Assembly (NCBI RefSeq): GCF_047456275.1
Contig: NZ_CP173357.1
Coordinates: 2,617,105-2,641,104, forward strand
DNA from: Acetobacterium carbinolicum
Lineage (GTDB): Bacteria > Bacillota > Clostridia > Eubacteriales > Eubacteriaceae
DNA length: 24,000 nucleotides
Direction: 5' to 3'
Shown here: piece after piece, positions 1-7,503 of the stretch
Position numbering within the stretch: the stretch's first letter is position 1
Layout of the letters: the number at the start of each line of letters is the position of its first letter
Notes under the pieces: model-generated
The model's input: only the letters and a program-made list of their open reading frames with translations
The model's database searches: none
What the model was told of the DNA's origin: nothing
Program-made: the position numbers and the translations under genes

Positions 1-19
1 TGCATATAAGGAGAGCGTT

Positions 20-829
20 ATGAATAAACCATTATCCCCAGTTCTTGCTGAAAAACTGGCGACCCTGAAAGAGAATCTTTCCCGCTTCCCCAAGGTCAGC
101 ATTGCCTTTTCTGGCGGTGTAGACAGCACGCTATTGCTACAGGTAGCGGTTGACGTACTGGGGAACGCTGTTTTACCCATCACAGTCAATGGTGCTATGC
201 TACCCAGTTCCGAATTTACCGAGTCCCAGGCTTTGGCAAAGACCATCGGAGCGGTGCCGCTGGTGATTGAAGCAGATGTTTTTTCGCTGGAAAATTTTGT
301 CAAAAATCCGGCTGACCGCTGTTACCATTGCAAGAAATTTATTTTTACCCAAATCAAAGATGCCGCCCAGGCTAGAGGCTTTGAAGTCCTCCTGGACGGC
401 TCTAATTGGGACGATATGAAGGATTACCGGCCGGGCATTAAAGCCCTGGGAGAACTGGGTGTCTTTAGCCCTTTAAAAGAATCCGGCCTGACCAAACAGG
501 ATATCCGGGATCTGTCAACCTATTACAATCTCCCTACCGCCACCAAACCGGCTATGGCTTGCCTGGCCACCCGAATCCCCACTAATACACCGATCACGCC
601 GGAAGCCCTTGCGGCCATTGAAGCTGGGGAAGATTTTCTCAAATCCCTCGGTTTAAGCCAATATCGGCTGCGGCTTTTGGGTGATACAGCAAAAATTGAA
701 TGCGATCCCGACGATTTTGCTGCCATCATCAAAAACCGTCTGTCCCTAATCGACACCCTAAAAAAACTGGGCCTCAAAACCATCACCCTGGATCTGGCCG
801 GCTACAACTGCGGTAATATGAACGGTTGA
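20..829 (+). CDS. larE: LarE-type PP-loop ATP-dependent sulfur transferase (ATP pyrophosphatase superfamily)
   Basis: 269-aa ORF with an aaggag RBS (8-13) 6 nt before ATG 20. It has a PP-loop SGGVDS near the N-terminus, a DRCYHCK motif, and a Cys in AMACLATR at the position of the LarE sacrificial cysteine. Confidence 0.7.
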   Translation: MNKPLSPVLAEKLATLKENLSRFPKVSIAFSGGVDSTLLLQVAVDVLGNAVLPITVNGAMLPSSEFTESQALAKTIGAVPLVIEADVFSLENFVKNPADRCYHCKKFIFTQIKDAAQARGFEVLLDGSNWDDMKDYRPGIKALGELGVFSPLKESGLTKQDIRDLSTYYNLPTATKPAMACLATRIPTNTPITPEALAAIEAGEDFLKSLGLSQYRLRLLGDTAKIECDPDDFAAIIKNRLSLIDTLKKLGLKTITLDLAGYNCGNMNG

Positions 830-848
830 ATAATTTCAGGTTAAAACA

Positions 849-975
849 ACCGTAGTACCGACAATTGTTACATCATGTTGTACGCATCGGGGCGAACATG
901 GTGATAACCTGTTCGATCCCGCAGCGAACAACAGATTAACAAGGGTCTGACCCCTAGGTCATTGGTCGGTACGGT
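849..975 (+). other. Unassigned structured intergenic element (closing helix plus three hairpins); possible 3'UTR RNA or repeat element
   Basis: Hand-folded helices: 849-853/971-975 plus 857-862/965-970 (11 bp with a 3-nt bulge), 871-879/895-903 (9 bp, one G-U), 909-915/925-934 (7 bp with a bulge), and 942-945/952-955. It lies between convergent stop codons (829 and 1019), and no U-tract terminator is visible. Confidence 0.25.
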
Positions 976-1018
976 AACTGGTTGCCACCTTTATCCAACA
1001 ACCAAATCCGGCTAACAG

Positions 1019-2788
1019 CTAAAACTCTTCGTTTAATTCATCCAGCTCCCGGTACATCTGGTAGAGGTCATAGTAGACACCTTCTTCCTGGAGCAGTTCC
1101 TCATGGGAACCTTTTTCGACAATCCCATCTTCGGTGAGGACTAAAATCGAATCCGCATTTTTAATGGTGGTCAGCCGATGGGCAATCGTAAAGGTGGTTC
1201 GGCCCCGGGTCAGCTCTTTTAAAGATTCCTGAACAATCCGTTCGCTTTCATTATCCAGCGCCGAGGTGGCCTCATCCAAAATCAGAATCGGCGGGTTTTT
1301 CAAAAATACCCGGGCAATGCTGAGCCGCTGTTTCTGGCCACCAGAAAGCTTAATTCCCCGCTCCCCGATATTGGTATCATAACCCTTGGGGAGCTTTTTT
1401 ATAAACGCATCGGCGCCGGCATGTTTAGCCGCCTGAATCACGCTTTCCCGGGTGGCATCCGAGCGACCATAACTGATATTTTCATAAACGGTTCCCGAAA
1501 AAAGATAAACATCCTGCTGGACAACCCCCACCTGGGTGCGTAAGGAATGCAGGGTCAGGCTTTGAATATCCTGACCGTCGATCAGAATTCGGCCGGAGCT
1601 GACATTATAAAATCGGGGAATCAGATGGCACATGGTCGTTTTGCCACTGCCCGAAGGTCCCACAATGGCAATGTTTTCACCAGCTTTCACCGCTACATCA
1701 ATATGGGAAAGTACCGCATCGCCGCCATCGTTGTATTGAAAACTGACATCTTCAAAAATAATATCGCCCACAACATTTTTCAGTTCCACTTCATTGGACT
1801 GATTTTCATATTCGGTAGGTTCGTCCAGAATTTCGATAAACCGCTCAAACCCGGTCATTCCCCGCTGAAACTGTTCTGCGAATTCAACAATCCGGCGGAT
1901 GGAGGTTAGTAAGGTGGTGACATACATCAGATAGGCGACATAATCGCCGGGATTAATGGCACCATTGATCATAAAGATTCCCCCGAAAACCACCACCAGT
2001 AAATACATCAGTCCGTCAAAGAGCCGGGTGGTGGTCTGAAAACCGGCCATATAACGGTAGGTTTGTTTTTTTATTTCAAGAAATTTACTATTTCCTGTCT
2101 CAAACTTAATCTCTTCAATATTTTCGTTGGCAAAAGATTTCACAACTCGGATTCCCAAAAGATTATCTTCCACCTGAGCGTTTATTTCACCCGTTTGAAC
2201 CCGCGACCGTTTAAAGGCAATCCGCATCCGATTCCTGAAATAGGTGGTCGTTAAAAGCATGATCGGCAGGGCGGCAAAAATAATCACTGTCAACCAGATA
2301 TTAACTGAACCAAGAATGGCAAATGAAACGCCAATTTTTAAACCGGCAATAAAAAACTCCTCGGGACAATGATGGGCAAATTCCGTCACATCAAAAAGAT
2401 CAGTGGTGATCCGCGACATCAACTGACCGATTTTGGTGTCGCTATAAAAAGAAAACGACAGCTTTTGGAGATGTGAAAAGAGATCCCGGCGCATATCCGT
2501 TTCGATTCGGGCGCCCATGACATGGCCCACATCGGCCATAAAGTAGTTAGCCACTCCATCGATAAGCCGCAGTACCAAATATACCAGCCCCAGTTTTAAG
2601 ATCGTTTCCACCGTCAGACTGGCCAGATCATTGATGGCGGTATTGGTGATAAACCGTACGATCAGAGGCAAAACCAGATCGCATACCGTTGTCAGGGTAG
2701 CGCAAAACAGATCCAACAACAGAATCCATTTATATTTTTGATAATAAGGTATGAAACGTTTGATAAGTTGTGTGTTACTGATTCGCAA
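1019..2788 (-). CDS. ABC transporter, fused permease/ATP-binding protein (MsbA/multidrug-exporter type)
   Basis: 589-aa ORF with an N-terminal six-helix-type TMD. Walker A is GPSGSGKTT, the ABC signature is LSGGQKQR, and Walker B is ILILDEATSALD. It has an apparent TTG start at 2788 preceded by gaagga, with no nearby in-frame ATG. Confidence 0.9.
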   Translation of the reverse strand: MRISNTQLIKRFIPYYQKYKWILLLDLFCATLTTVCDLVLPLIVRFITNTAINDLASLTVETILKLGLVYLVLRLIDGVANYFMADVGHVMGARIETDMRRDLFSHLQKLSFSFYSDTKIGQLMSRITTDLFDVTEFAHHCPEEFFIAGLKIGVSFAILGSVNIWLTVIIFAALPIMLLTTTYFRNRMRIAFKRSRVQTGEINAQVEDNLLGIRVVKSFANENIEEIKFETGNSKFLEIKKQTYRYMAGFQTTTRLFDGLMYLLVVVFGGIFMINGAINPGDYVAYLMYVTTLLTSIRRIVEFAEQFQRGMTGFERFIEILDEPTEYENQSNEVELKNVVGDIIFEDVSFQYNDGGDAVLSHIDVAVKAGENIAIVGPSGSGKTTMCHLIPRFYNVSSGRILIDGQDIQSLTLHSLRTQVGVVQQDVYLFSGTVYENISYGRSDATRESVIQAAKHAGADAFIKKLPKGYDTNIGERGIKLSGGQKQRLSIARVFLKNPPILILDEATSALDNESERIVQESLKELTRGRTTFTIAHRLTTIKNADSILVLTEDGIVEKGSHEELLQEEGVYYDLYQMYRELDELNEEF

Positions 2789-2818
2789 AATATTCCTTCT
2801 TTCTTAATTGCTACACTT

Positions 2819-2865
2819 AAAAACTTTGGGCAATTGAAAAACGATTAACGTTTCCCAATTGCCCA
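2819..2865 (-). terminator. Intrinsic terminator after the nfeD-SPFH operon
   Basis: A 10-bp stem, tgggcaattg (2827-2836) / caattgccca (2856-2865). On the minus-strand RNA it is followed by aag-UUUUU (complement of 2819-2826). Confidence 0.6.
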
Positions 2866-2904
2866 TTCATGGTCTTTTACTGAAATTTCTTTTATTAACT
2901 GATC

Positions 2905-3846
2905 TTATTGACTGACCTTGCTCTGATCTGTCATGATTTCACTAAGGGATGTTGCCAAACCCGCCAAGCCCTGAATTTCAGAGGGAATAATAATCTTAGT
3001 GGCTTTGCCATCAGCTACCTTTTCAAAGGTAGATAAACTCTTAAGGGCAATAACTGACTGAATCGGATTGGCATCATTTAACATCTTGACCCCATTGGCA
3101 ACCGCTTCCTGAACCTTGACAATGGCTTCTGCTTCACCTTCTGCCCGTCTGATCTGAGCTTCCCGATCCGCTTCGGCGCTAAGAATAGCAGCCGCTTTTA
3201 AGCCTTCAGCTTGTAAAATTGCCGCTGATTTTTCGCCTTCAGCGACCAGAATGGCACTGGCTTTTTCGCCTTCTGCCTGGAGGATTTTTTCCCGACGTTC
3301 ACGCTCTGCCTTCATCTGCCGTTCCATCGCATTCTGGATCGCTTCTGGTGGCATGATGTTTTTAAGTTCTACCCTACCAATTTTAATCCCCCAGGGATCG
3401 GTGGCTTCATCGAGAATTACCCGCATTTTGGTATTAATAACATCCCGGGATGTCAGTGTTGCATCGAGCTCCATATCACCAATGATGTTACGCAAAGTGG
3501 TGGCGGTGAGATTTTCAATGGCTTTCATGGGATTATCCACCCCGTACATATAGAATTTAGGATCGGTAACCTGTAAATAAATTACCGTGTCAATCTGCAT
3601 CGTAACATTATCCTTGGTAATAACCGGTTGGGGCGGGAAATCCGCGACCCGTTCTTTTAAACTGATTCTTTTTGAAATCCGGTCAAAAATCGGAATTGCG
3701 ATGTGAAAACCGGTCTCCCAGGTGGAATGATAGGCTCCCAATCGTTCCACTACATAGGCATTAGCCTGGGGAACGATCTTCGCATTCACCACAATCACCG
3801 CAATAAAAATGATAAATAACACTGCTAGTAAAATAAATCCAAACAT
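2905..3846 (-). CDS. SPFH/band-7 (stomatin/prohibitin-like) membrane protein
   Basis: 313-aa ORF with an N-terminal TM helix and a band-7 core. Its C-terminal Ala/Glu-rich coiled coil has about four 11-residue repeats, AEGEKxxAILx (nt 3124-3276). It sits directly downstream of an NfeD gene, which is the classic pairing. Confidence 0.9.
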   Translation of the reverse strand: MFGFILLAVLFIIFIAVIVVNAKIVPQANAYVVERLGAYHSTWETGFHIAIPIFDRISKRISLKERVADFPPQPVITKDNVTMQIDTVIYLQVTDPKFYMYGVDNPMKAIENLTATTLRNIIGDMELDATLTSRDVINTKMRVILDEATDPWGIKIGRVELKNIMPPEAIQNAMERQMKAERERREKILQAEGEKASAILVAEGEKSAAILQAEGLKAAAILSAEADREAQIRRAEGEAEAIVKVQEAVANGVKMLNDANPIQSVIALKSLSTFEKVADGKATKIIIPSEIQGLAGLATSLSEIMTDQSKVSQ

Positions 3847-3866
3847 CTTAACGCCTCCTTGTTTAT

Positions 3867-4316
3867 TTAATTCAAATCTTGCTCTACTGTCTTAACCATA
3901 GCTTTAACCCCTTCAATCGCAACAACCTCAACTTCCATACCAACGGGAATAATCACCTCACCGTCGATGTTTCTGGCTGTCCAGGATTTTCCATCGACTT
4001 TAACCACCCCTATTCCCTTAAGATTATTGATTTCTTCCTCAACAATTCCTCGTTTTGTCAGAATGCGATCAGCATTGGTTGTTATCGTTTTAGAATCCAT
4101 GTGTTTCTTTAAGAACGGTTTTGTTCCCAATAATAAGCCAACGGAAATTAGTAAAAAAAGCGTCATCTGTACCCAGAATGGTGCGCCCAAATAAGCGACG
4201 GCCATTGCCACCAGAGAACCGACACAAAACCAGATGGAAACCAGCGCGCCAGCGGTAACCAATTCAACCAACAGAAAAACGATAAACAAGACCAACCAGA
4301 AAAGAATGAAATTCAT
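3867..4316 (-). CDS. nfeD: NfeD-family membrane protein (partner of SPFH protein)
   Basis: 149-aa ORF with several N-terminal TM helices and a C-terminal soluble beta-rich domain (VVKVDGKSWTARN...). A gggagg RBS is present, and the SPFH gene lies 20 nt downstream. Confidence 0.8.
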   Translation of the reverse strand: MNFILFWLVLFIVFLLVELVTAGALVSIWFCVGSLVAMAVAYLGAPFWVQMTLFLLISVGLLLGTKPFLKKHMDSKTITTNADRILTKRGIVEEEINNLKGIGVVKVDGKSWTARNIDGEVIIPVGMEVEVVAIEGVKAMVKTVEQDLN

Positions 4317-4345
4317 CCGCTCACCTCCCTTATTTACTTGATTTT

Positions 4346-4354
4346 ATTATAACA
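4346..4354 (-). promoter_or_regulatory. Candidate extended -10 promoter for nfeD-SPFH operon
   Basis: The minus strand reads TGtTATAAT (-10 hexamer 4346-4351, TG at 4353-4354), about 30 nt upstream of ATG 4316. No good -35 is present. Confidence 0.4.
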
Positions 4355-4411
4355 TAGTTTATTGTTTTTTTTTCTCATGAGTTACACAATCGACTTTTTT
4401 TTATTTTTTTC

Positions 4412-4440
4412 TTGCACTTTCATTTTTTAGTGTGTATAAT
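4412..4440 (+). promoter_or_regulatory. Sigma-A-type promoter of the riboswitch/bza operon
   Basis: TTGCAC (4412-4417), a 17-nt spacer, then TATAAT (4435-4440). It lies about 27 nt upstream of the riboswitch aptamer. Confidence 0.6.
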
Positions 4441-4466
4441 CAAAAGCAAGTAAATAGAAAAGCGAA

Positions 4467-4622
4467 CATATGGTGCCTTAACAATAAGGAGAATAGGGAA
4501 TCAGGTGAGAGTCCTGAACGAACCCATCACTGTAAGGGCGGAGCAAACCACAAAAACCACTGTTTTTTTAATGGGAAGGTGTGGCAAAGCGTTAAAACCC
4601 CAAGTCAGGAGACCTGCCTATG
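4467..4622 (+). promoter_or_regulatory. Cobalamin (B12) riboswitch aptamer
   Basis: B12 box AGTCAGGAGACCTGCC at 4603-4618. The upstream core is AATAGGGAATCAGGTGAGAGTCCTGAACGAACCCATCACTGTAAGG, followed by CCACTG...GGGAAGG. A P1-like pairing joins catatgg (4467-4473) to cctatg (4617-4622). The six-frame ORF 4432..4623 lies over this RNA. Confidence 0.85.
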
Positions 4623-4650
4623 AATCGATCCTGAATGAACGAAGGTAAAG

Positions 4651-4698
4651 TTCATGGCTGTTATTTAGAATAAATAACAGCTGTGGACTTTTTTATTT
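4651..4698 (+). terminator. Riboswitch expression-platform intrinsic terminator
   Basis: The perfect stem core is gctgttattta (4657-4667) / taaataacagc (4671-4681) with loop gaa. It extends with G-U pairs to 4651/4687 and is followed by c-TTTTTT-a-TTT (4689-4698). A competing small hairpin forms at 4635-4640/4650-4655. Confidence 0.7.
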
Positions 4699-4733
4699 GC
4701 CAAAATTCGTTGAGAATCATGCAGGAGGAAACG

Positions 4734-6035
4734 ATGACAATTCTTAAAAAAGCACAAGCCGGTGAGATCACCGCAGAAATGATTTATGTGGCACAAAAAG
4801 AAGGGCTCGATCCCGAGAACATTCGCCAGGGGGTAGCCGCCGGTGAAATCGTCATTCTAAAGAGTTCCCGGCCAAATATCAACCCGGTGGCGGTGGGCAA
4901 GGGTCTGTTTACCAAGGTTTCCGCCAGCGTTGGAATGTATGAAATAGATGATACCATCGCCGGTGAAATGGCTAAAATCGATCAGGCCGTAAAAGCCGAA
5001 GCGGATACGCTGATGGACTTAAGTGTTCGGGGTCCGATTGATGAAATGCGAGAAAAAGTCTTATCCACGGTGGACCGGCCGGTCGGTACCCTACCGCTTT
5101 ATCAAACCCTGGCTATGGCCCAGCAAAAATATGGCAGTGCTTTAGATATGACAGCTGATGATATGTTTGCGATGATGGAAAAGCATGCTTCCGAAGGCGT
5201 CAGCTTTTTAGCCCTGCACTGCGGCACCACCATGGACGTGATCAACCGCGCCAAAGAAGAAGGCCGGATTGATCCACTGGTTAGTTATGGGGGTTCCCAT
5301 CTGATTGGCTGGATGGTTCACAACCACTGTGAAAATCCCTTTTTTACCCAATATGACCGGGTCCTGGAAATCTGTAAAAAGTATGATGTCGTGCTGAGCT
5401 TTGCCGACGGCATGCGCCCCGGCTGTATTGCCGATTCCCTGGACGGCGCCCAGGTTCATGAATTGGTGATCCTCGGCGGTCTGGTTAAAAAGGCCCGGGC
5501 GGCCGGGGTTCAAGTGATGGTCAAAGGGCCGGGCCATGTGCCCCTGGATCAGATCCAGACCACTGTAAAGTTACAAAAACAACTATGCGGCGGCGCACCT
5601 TACTTTGTCTTTGGCTGTCTGCCCACCGACTCCGGGGCTGGTATGGACCACGTCACCGGTGCCATCGGCGGCGCGATCGCCGCCTATTACGGTGCCGACT
5701 TTCTCTGTTACGTGACCCCGGCCGAACATATCGGCATGCCTAATGCCGATGATGTGTATCTGGGCGTGATGGCCAGCCGCATTGCCGCCCATGCTGGTGA
5801 TGTTGGCAAAGGCCATCCGGCCGCGATTGCCTGGGATCTGGAAATGTCCCATGCCCGCCGGGAACTTAATTGGGGCCGGCAGATGGAACTGGCTATCGAT
5901 ACCGAAACCGCCACGAAGGTCTGGAAGGATCGTAGCACCAACTTCGAATCCGAGTGTAGCATGTGCGGCGACTTCTGTGCCATGAAAATTGTCGGTAAGT
6001 ATTTACGAGACGAAAACCAGGAAGCGAGGAACTAA
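4734..6035 (+). CDS. bzaA: ThiC-paralog radical-SAM enzyme, BzaA-type (5-hydroxybenzimidazole synthase component)
   Basis: I moved the start to ATG 4734, which has an aggagg RBS at 4723-4728; the track start at 4683 sits inside the terminator. ThiC-family blocks are present: LHCG, DGMRPG, KGPGHVP, TPAEH. The C-terminal Cys motif is CSMCGDFC (CX2CX3C, 5955-5978). Context is a B12 riboswitch, not a TPP riboswitch, with cobT downstream. Confidence 0.85.
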   Translation: MTILKKAQAGEITAEMIYVAQKEGLDPENIRQGVAAGEIVILKSSRPNINPVAVGKGLFTKVSASVGMYEIDDTIAGEMAKIDQAVKAEADTLMDLSVRGPIDEMREKVLSTVDRPVGTLPLYQTLAMAQQKYGSALDMTADDMFAMMEKHASEGVSFLALHCGTTMDVINRAKEEGRIDPLVSYGGSHLIGWMVHNHCENPFFTQYDRVLEICKKYDVVLSFADGMRPGCIADSLDGAQVHELVILGGLVKKARAAGVQVMVKGPGHVPLDQIQTTVKLQKQLCGGAPYFVFGCLPTDSGAGMDHVTGAIGGAIAAYYGADFLCYVTPAEHIGMPNADDVYLGVMASRIAAHAGDVGKGHPAAIAWDLEMSHARRELNWGRQMELAIDTETATKVWKDRSTNFESECSMCGDFCAMKIVGKYLRDENQEARN

Positions 6036-6037
6036 TT

Positions 6038-7321
6038 ATGACCCAAATGTTAAAAGCCCGTCAGGGTAAAATTACCGAAGAAATGGAAATGGTGGCACTC
6101 AGCGAAGGCTTCACACCTGAATTTATCAGAGCCGGAGTAGCTGCCGGCCGGATTGTCATTCCTAAAAATAAACTACGCAACCGTTCTAAGATCTGCGGCA
6201 TTGGTGGCGGCCTGGACGTCAAAGTCAATGGCCTGATGGGCACCTCCGGTGATCGGGATGATATGGACATGGAAGTCAAAAAACTAAAAATCATCGAAGC
6301 CGCCGGTGCCCACGGTTTTATGGATTTAAGTATGGGTGCCGATATTGATACCATGCGAACCTTAAGTCTAAATAATTCCAACATTGCCGCTGGCTGTGTG
6401 CCCGTTTATCAGGCTGCCAAAGAGGCGGCTGATAAACGGGGCCTGATGGTCAATATGACCTCTGATGATCTGTTTGAAGTGGTCGAAAAACAATGTCAGG
6501 CCGGTATGGATTTTATGGCGGTGCACTCGGCCTTGAATATGGATCTTCTCAAAATATTGAAAAAAACCGGTCGCGTTGCCGATATCTGTAGCCGTGGCGG
6601 ATCCTTGCTAACTGGCTGGATGTTCCATAACGATAAAGAAAATCCTCTTTATGCCGAATTTGACCGACTGCTGGAGATTCTCAAAGCGACCGATACGGTA
6701 CTTAGCATCGGCGACGCCATTCGACCCGGTGCCAATGCTGATTCTCTGGATCAGGCCCACCTGCGCGGCTTAATGGTCGCTGGTGAGCTGACCAAGCGGG
6801 CCCTGGCGGCCGGGGTTCAGGTGATGGTGGAAGGTCCCGGCCATGTGCCACTAAACCATATTCCCTCAGCGATGCTACTGCAAAAACGACTCTGTTACGA
6901 TGTACCCTACTATATTTTAGGCTTCCTGGCCACCGATATTGCTCCCGGATATGACAATATTACGGGTTCGATCGGCGGTGCCTTTGCCGGCATGCACGGG
7001 GCTGATTTCCTTTGTTACCTGACCCCAGCCGAACACCTGGGTCTGCCCAATGAGGAAGATGTCCGCATCGGTGTCGAAACGACCCGGATCGCCGCTAATG
7101 CGGCCAATGTCTTAAAGCGCGGCGGCGCGGCCTGGAACCGCGATCTGGCGATGTCCCGGGCCCGGGTTTCCCGCAATCAGGAAGAACAGATCAAAAACGC
7201 CATCAATCAGGCCAATCTGATCGCTGCCTTTGCGGCTCAAAAGCCTTCCCATGGTTGTGCCGTCTGTGCCGACAGTAAATGTCCGGCCGATGTCGCAGCG
7301 GAGTTTTTTGGGATATCCTAA
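6038..7321 (+). CDS. bzaB: ThiC-paralog radical-SAM enzyme, BzaB-type (second 5-hydroxybenzimidazole synthase component)
   Basis: 427-aa ORF that starts 2 nt after the bzaA stop, with a gagga RBS. ThiC-family blocks are present: CSRGGS, DAIRPG, EGPGHVP, LATDIAPGYDNITG, TPAEH. The C-terminal motif is CAVCADSKC (CX2CX4C, 7256-7282). By eye it is roughly 40 percent identical to the upstream paralog (not computed). Confidence 0.85.
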   Translation: MTQMLKARQGKITEEMEMVALSEGFTPEFIRAGVAAGRIVIPKNKLRNRSKICGIGGGLDVKVNGLMGTSGDRDDMDMEVKKLKIIEAAGAHGFMDLSMGADIDTMRTLSLNNSNIAAGCVPVYQAAKEAADKRGLMVNMTSDDLFEVVEKQCQAGMDFMAVHSALNMDLLKILKKTGRVADICSRGGSLLTGWMFHNDKENPLYAEFDRLLEILKATDTVLSIGDAIRPGANADSLDQAHLRGLMVAGELTKRALAAGVQVMVEGPGHVPLNHIPSAMLLQKRLCYDVPYYILGFLATDIAPGYDNITGSIGGAFAGMHGADFLCYLTPAEHLGLPNEEDVRIGVETTRIAANAANVLKRGGAAWNRDLAMSRARVSRNQEEQIKNAINQANLIAAFAAQKPSHGCAVCADSKCPADVAAEFFGIS

Positions 7322-7429
7322 ACCAGTAAACCCTTTGTGACGGGTAGCTTACCCGCCCCACGAAAAAAACAAGCGTTTATTATCCAAAAGCGTCATCCAT
7401 CATCCCATAGGGGCTTGTAATACAAGCCC

Positions 7430-7459
7430 TTACAAACCTCACTAATACAGTGATAAAAT
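7430..7459 (+). promoter_or_regulatory. Candidate internal promoter upstream of cobT
   Basis: TTACAA (7430-7435), an 18-nt spacer, then TGaTAAAAT (TG 7451-7452, hexamer 7454-7459), inside the 182-nt bzaB-cobT spacer. This is sequence resemblance only. Confidence 0.3.
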
Positions 7460-7503
7460 CAATCATATGTTTCATTTATTGCCAAGTAGAAAGGATAATT
7501 ACC

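Noticed and set aside
911-924. GTTCGATCC T-loop-like motif suggesting a tRNA or tRNA fragment
   Set aside because: I could not fold any 70-90-nt cloverleaf with acceptor, D and anticodon arms around it. The surrounding helices give a 127-nt structure instead. I kept it only as a detail of the structured-element finding.
4432-4623. 63-aa plus-strand ORF in the six-frame track
   Set aside because: It coincides exactly with the cobalamin riboswitch aptamer (B12 box at 4603-4618). It has no RBS and an implausible composition, so it is an artefact of a structured RNA.
4683-4733. Upstream GTG start for bzaA, giving MDFFICQNSLRIMQEET...
   Set aside because: The first codons lie inside the terminator stem and T-run of the riboswitch expression platform. 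ATG 4734 has a perfect aggagg RBS 5 nt upstream and yields the ThiC-family N-terminus.
4734-7321. Reading the two ThiC-like genes as a duplicated thiamin pyrimidine synthase (thiC) locus
   Set aside because: The leader has a B12 box and no TPP (THI-box) element. No other thi genes are nearby, and the genes are co-transcribed with cobT and three methyltransferases. Each paralog has also lost different ThiC hallmark motifs.
7450-7503. Longer cobT start, giving MIKSIICFIYCQVERIIT...
   Set aside because: It has no RBS and adds a hydrophobic, non-CobT-like extension. ATG 7504 is preceded by gaaagga and begins a typical CobT N-terminus.
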